Source of the DNA: a virus | Lineage: Duplodnaviria > Heunggongvirae > Uroviricota > Caudoviricetes | Direction: 5' to 3' (one strand) | Length of the DNA: 32,694 nt | Virus record (IMG/VR): IMGVR_UViG_3300002756_000060 | Location: 1 to 32,694 of that record | Part shown: positions 29,554 through 32,694 of the stretch, one piece after another | Layout of the letters: each line of letters opens with the position of its first letter | How positions within the stretch are numbered: position 1 is the first letter of the stretch | The notes under the pieces: model-generated | What the model was told of the DNA's origin: nothing | The model's database searches: none | What the model saw: only the letters and a program-made list of their open reading frames with translations | Position numbers and translations under genes: made by a program

Positions 29554-30123
29554 ATGGAAGGTCTATCTGAGCGCGCCTATGCGACCCAGTCCGGCCTGTC
29601 GCGCGGGGCGGTGCAGAAGGCCCGTAAGAATGGTCGGCTGGTGCTGTTTGGCGATGGATCAATCAACGCAGCCGCCTCGGATGCGCGGCGCGGGGTGATG
29701 ACAGATCCCGATCAACAGCTGCGGTCACGCGGCGGGTTTGGCGCGGGTGCTGATGGTCCTGGGATTGGCAACAGTGGCGTTTCCGGGCCCGGCGACAGCA
29801 CGTCCTACCTCAAGGCCCGCACGGCGCTGACCGTCTACCAGGCGCAGGAACGCCTGCTGTCGATCCAGCGCAAGAAAGGCGTACTGATCGACCGCGCGCG
29901 GGCCGAAACGCTGGTGTTTCGCCTTGCGCGGCAAGAACGCGACACATGGATCACCTGGCCCACCCGCGTGGCGGCGCTGATGGCAGCGCAATTATCCGCA
30001 GAGATGGAGAAGGCATCGGGGGTGCCCGTGACAATCGAGACTGCGATCCTGCAAAGGGTGCTGGAAACCCATGTCCGAGAGCAGCTCGATGCCCTTGCCG
30101 ACCTCCGGGTCTCGCTTGGATGA
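29554..30123 (+). CDS. phage terminase small subunit (Nu1-like, N-terminal HTH)
   Basis: LSERAYATQSGLSRGAVQKARKNGRLV resembles the Nu1 HTH region; sits immediately upstream of and overlapping the GpA-like large terminase. Confidence 0.65.
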   Translation: MEGLSERAYATQSGLSRGAVQKARKNGRLVLFGDGSINAAASDARRGVMTDPDQQLRSRGGFGAGADGPGIGNSGVSGPGDSTSYLKARTALTVYQAQERLLSIQRKKGVLIDRARAETLVFRLARQERDTWITWPTRVAALMAAQLSAEMEKASGVPVTIETAILQRVLETHVREQLDALADLRVSLG

Positions 30124-32104
30124 CAAGGAAGGTGGAAACGACCACGACCTGACCGAGGGTCTGGATCTCGGGTTTGACGGGGCCGAAGATGTCCTGCGCG
30201 CCTGGCGCCGGGGGATGCGGCCCGATGCTGACCTCACCGTGTCGGAATGGGCCGATGCGCATCGCTGGCTATCCTCACGTGCGGCGGCTGAACCCGGGCG
30301 CTATCGCACGGCGCGCACGCCCTATCTGCGCGCCATCATGGATGCACTCTCGCCCAGCCACCCGGCGCAACGGATCAGCTTCATGAAAGCCGCACAAGTC
30401 GGCGCGACAGAGGCAGGCAACAACTGGATCGGCTTTGTCATTCACCACGCGCCGGGCCCGATGCTGGCGGTACTGCCCACGGTCGAGATGGCCAAGCGCA
30501 CTTCGCGCGGCCGGATTGATCCGCTGATCGAAGACAGCCCAGCGCTGAAGGAGCGCGTGAGCCCCGCACGCTCACGCGATGCAGGCAATTCGATGCTGTC
30601 GAAGGAATTCCCCGGCGGCATTCTGGTGCTGACCGGCGCGAACTCGGCCACTGGCCTGCGTTCAATGCCCGCGCGCTATGTGTTTCTGGATGAGGTCGAT
30701 GCCTATCCGGCCTCGGCCGACGAGGAGGGCGACCCGGTCACGCTGGCCGAGGCAAGGACCACCACCTTCGCGCATCGGCGGAAGGTGTTCATGGTCTCGA
30801 CACCTACAGTGCGCGGGCTGTCGCGCATCGAGCGCGAGTTCGAGGCATCGGACCAGCGCCGCTATTTCGTGCCCTGCCCGCATTGTGGCCATTTGCAGTG
30901 GCTGCAGTTCGAGAGGCTGCGCTGGGGCAAGGGTAAGCCCGAGACGGCCATGTATCACTGCGAAGGCTGCGAGAAGCCCATCGCCGAGCACCACAAGACA
31001 GAAATGCTGGCGCGCGGCGAATGGCGGGCGACGGCAGTGTCGGCGAACCCGAATGCCATCGGCTTCCACCTCTCGGCGCTCTATTCGCCAATCGGCTGGA
31101 AAAGCTGGGAGCAGATTGCGCGGGACTGGCTGGCGGCGCAGGGCTCGGACGAAATGCTGCGCGCCGCGCGCAACACGCTTCTGGGCGAGACGTGGATCGA
31201 GAGCGGCGAAGCGCCGGAATGGCAGCGCCTCGCGGATCGGCGCTTTGCTTTCCCAGCGCAGATCCCCGCAGGCGGGTTGTTCCTGACAGCAGGGGCCGAT
31301 GTGCAGAAGGACCGCATCGAGGTCGATATCTGGGCCTGGGGCCGGGGTATGACCAGCTGGCTCGTCGATCACATCGTCATTCCGGGCGGGCCGGATGATC
31401 CGGCCTGTTGGGACAAGCTGACCGCGCTCCTGGGGCATACATGGGTGCATGAACACGGCGCGGTCATGACACTGGCGAAGCTCGCCATCGATACCGGATA
31501 CGAGTCCGCAGCCGTCTATGCATGGGCCCGCAAGCAGGGCATCGCGCAGGTGGCGCCCGTGAAGGGAATGGAGGGGTTCAACCGGGCAACACCCGTGTCG
31601 GGTCCGACCTACGTCGATGCCACGGTGAATGGCCGCAAGCTCAAGCGCGGCGCGCGGCTTTGGACGGTGGCCACGGCCACCTTCAAGGCGGAGACCTATC
31701 GGTACATGCGGATCGAGCGGCCGTCTGAGCCGGAGGCACCCAGTCCTGCTGGCACGATCCACCTGCCCGACTGGGCCGATAGCGAATGGCTCAAGCAGCT
31801 GGTGGCCGAGCAGCTGGTCACCATCCGCGACAAGCGCGGCTATGCCCGGCAGGAATGGCAGAAGATGCGCGAGCGCAACGAGGCTCTCGACGCAAGGGTC
31901 TATGCCCGGGCCGCAGCGTGGATCCTCGGGGCTGACCGCTTTGACGAACGGATGTGGCGACAACTGGAGAAACAGGCCGGCGTTGAAACGGCCTCATCGG
32001 CTGCGAAACCGGACACTGACAGACCGACGGAACCACAGGCCGGGCGTATCACCGCCCCCCGACGGCGTGGCTGGAAGATCAGCACGCCCCGATACATGGA
32101 ATGA
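30071..32104 (+). CDS. phage terminase large subunit, GpA (lambda) family
   Basis: Recalled lambda gpA motifs are matched in order: YFVPCPHCGHLQWLQF, MYHCEGCEKPIAEHHK, LGETWIESGE, AGADVQKDRIEVDIWAWGRGMTSWLVDHIVI, MRERNEALDARVYARAAA; start may lie downstream of 30071 (overlap with the small subunit). Confidence 0.9.
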   Translation: MSESSSMPLPTSGSRLDDKEGGNDHDLTEGLDLGFDGAEDVLRAWRRGMRPDADLTVSEWADAHRWLSSRAAAEPGRYRTARTPYLRAIMDALSPSHPAQRISFMKAAQVGATEAGNNWIGFVIHHAPGPMLAVLPTVEMAKRTSRGRIDPLIEDSPALKERVSPARSRDAGNSMLSKEFPGGILVLTGANSATGLRSMPARYVFLDEVDAYPASADEEGDPVTLAEARTTTFAHRRKVFMVSTPTVRGLSRIEREFEASDQRRYFVPCPHCGHLQWLQFERLRWGKGKPETAMYHCEGCEKPIAEHHKTEMLARGEWRATAVSANPNAIGFHLSALYSPIGWKSWEQIARDWLAAQGSDEMLRAARNTLLGETWIESGEAPEWQRLADRRFAFPAQIPAGGLFLTAGADVQKDRIEVDIWAWGRGMTSWLVDHIVIPGGPDDPACWDKLTALLGHTWVHEHGAVMTLAKLAIDTGYESAAVYAWARKQGIAQVAPVKGMEGFNRATPVSGPTYVDATVNGRKLKRGARLWTVATATFKAETYRYMRIERPSEPEAPSPAGTIHLPDWADSEWLKQLVAEQLVTIRDKRGYARQEWQKMRERNEALDARVYARAAAWILGADRFDERMWRQLEKQAGVETASSAAKPDTDRPTEPQAGRITAPRRRGWKISTPRYME

Positions 32105-32114
32105 GCAAACCCCG

Positions 32115-32324
32115 ATGACCCTCGACGATCTGAAATCCCGCCACGGCGCGCTGCTGGCCGCACGCTACAGCGGCACGCGGTCGGTCAGCTATGACGGCAA
32201 GACCGTGAATTATGGCTCGGACGCAGAACTTGCCGCGGCCATTTCCGACATCGAACGCCGGATCGCCAAAGCCGAGCGTGGCACCGGGCGTGTGCTGCGC
32301 CCATATGCTGTGAAGGATCTGTGA
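32115..32324 (+). CDS. head-tail joining protein, gpW-like
   Basis: 69 aa, MTLDDLKSRHGALLAARYSGTRSVSYDGKTVNYGSDAELAAAISDIERRIAKAE resembles lambda gpW; sits between terminase and portal. Confidence 0.7.
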   Translation: MTLDDLKSRHGALLAARYSGTRSVSYDGKTVNYGSDAELAAAISDIERRIAKAERGTGRVLRPYAVKDL

Positions 32325-32694
32325 TGAACTGGCGGCAGCGCCTTGGCGCGTTCATCGGTGGGTTCGATGCCGGTCAGCACCATCGCCGCCTGCGCGGGTT
32401 CCGCGCGACGCGCGCCCATGTCAACGCGCTGATTGCAGCCTCGGGCCCCGACATCACCGCCCGTGCCCGTTGGCTGGTGCGCAATAACGGGTATGCCGTG
32501 AACGCAGTGGAAAGCTGGGCCGCCAACACTGTGGGCGACGGGATCAAGCCGATATCAAAAATCGCCGATGCAGCCCGCAAGGAAGAGCTGCAGCGCCTCT
32601 GGCTCGCCTGGACCGACGAGGCCGATGCCGAGGGGCTGACCGATTTCTACGGGCTGCAGCGCCGCGCCGCACGTGAGGTGTTCATGGCGGGCGA
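32324..32694 (+). CDS. phage portal protein, lambda (gpB) family; 3'-partial
   Basis: ARWLVRNNGYAVNAVESWAAN matches the lambda portal N-terminal motif DLVRNNGYAANAI; the ORF runs off the window end. Confidence 0.85.
   Translation, partial: MNWRQRLGAFIGGFDAGQHHRRLRGFRATRAHVNALIAASGPDITARARWLVRNNGYAVNAVESWAANTVGDGIKPISKIADAARKEELQRLWLAWTDEADAEGLTDFYGLQRRAAREVFMAG

Larger units (their letters stand above)
7045..32694. mobile_element. Phage-derived region (prophage or tandem phage-like elements), partial; extends beyond the window end
   Basis: Lambda-type packaging genes at 29554-32694; phage-typical ParB-methyltransferases; no integrase or att site seen in the window. Confidence 0.55.

Noticed and set aside
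30662-31963. 433-aa minus-strand ORF inside the large terminase gene
   Set aside because: It overlaps a strongly supported GpA-family terminase on the plus strand; GC-rich antisense artefact

Overview
High-GC, alphaproteobacterium-like DNA (inference from composition and codon bias) with three parts. (1) 1-3960: two small ORFs and a clear Type I restriction R subunit (HsdR); no hsdM/hsdS in the window. (2) 3961-7136: a lower-GC islet with a two-gene module, a HARE-HTH-like DNA-binding protein followed by a HEAT-like repeat protein ending in a CHAT (caspase-like His/Cys) protease domain. This is my best candidate for an undescribed defence-type system. (3) 7045-32694: phage-derived DNA. A ~3.8 kb module (repeat array, promoter-like element, leader hairpin, two tandem ParB-domain DNA methyltransferases, two small genes) occurs twice as diverged direct repeats (about 7045-10850 and 22125-25937). 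Between the copies sits a compositionally distinct operon: SNF2 helicase, Type III Mod-like methyltransferase with a long N-terminal extension, and a Res-like ATPase/nuclease. The second copy is followed by a NYN-domain gene, a minus-strand cluster of small genes, and a lambda-like packaging module (Nu1-like small terminase, GpA-like large terminase, gpW, portal; portal truncated by the window end). No rRNA, tRNA or CRISPR array was seen. All calls rest on motif recognition by eye; no searches were run.
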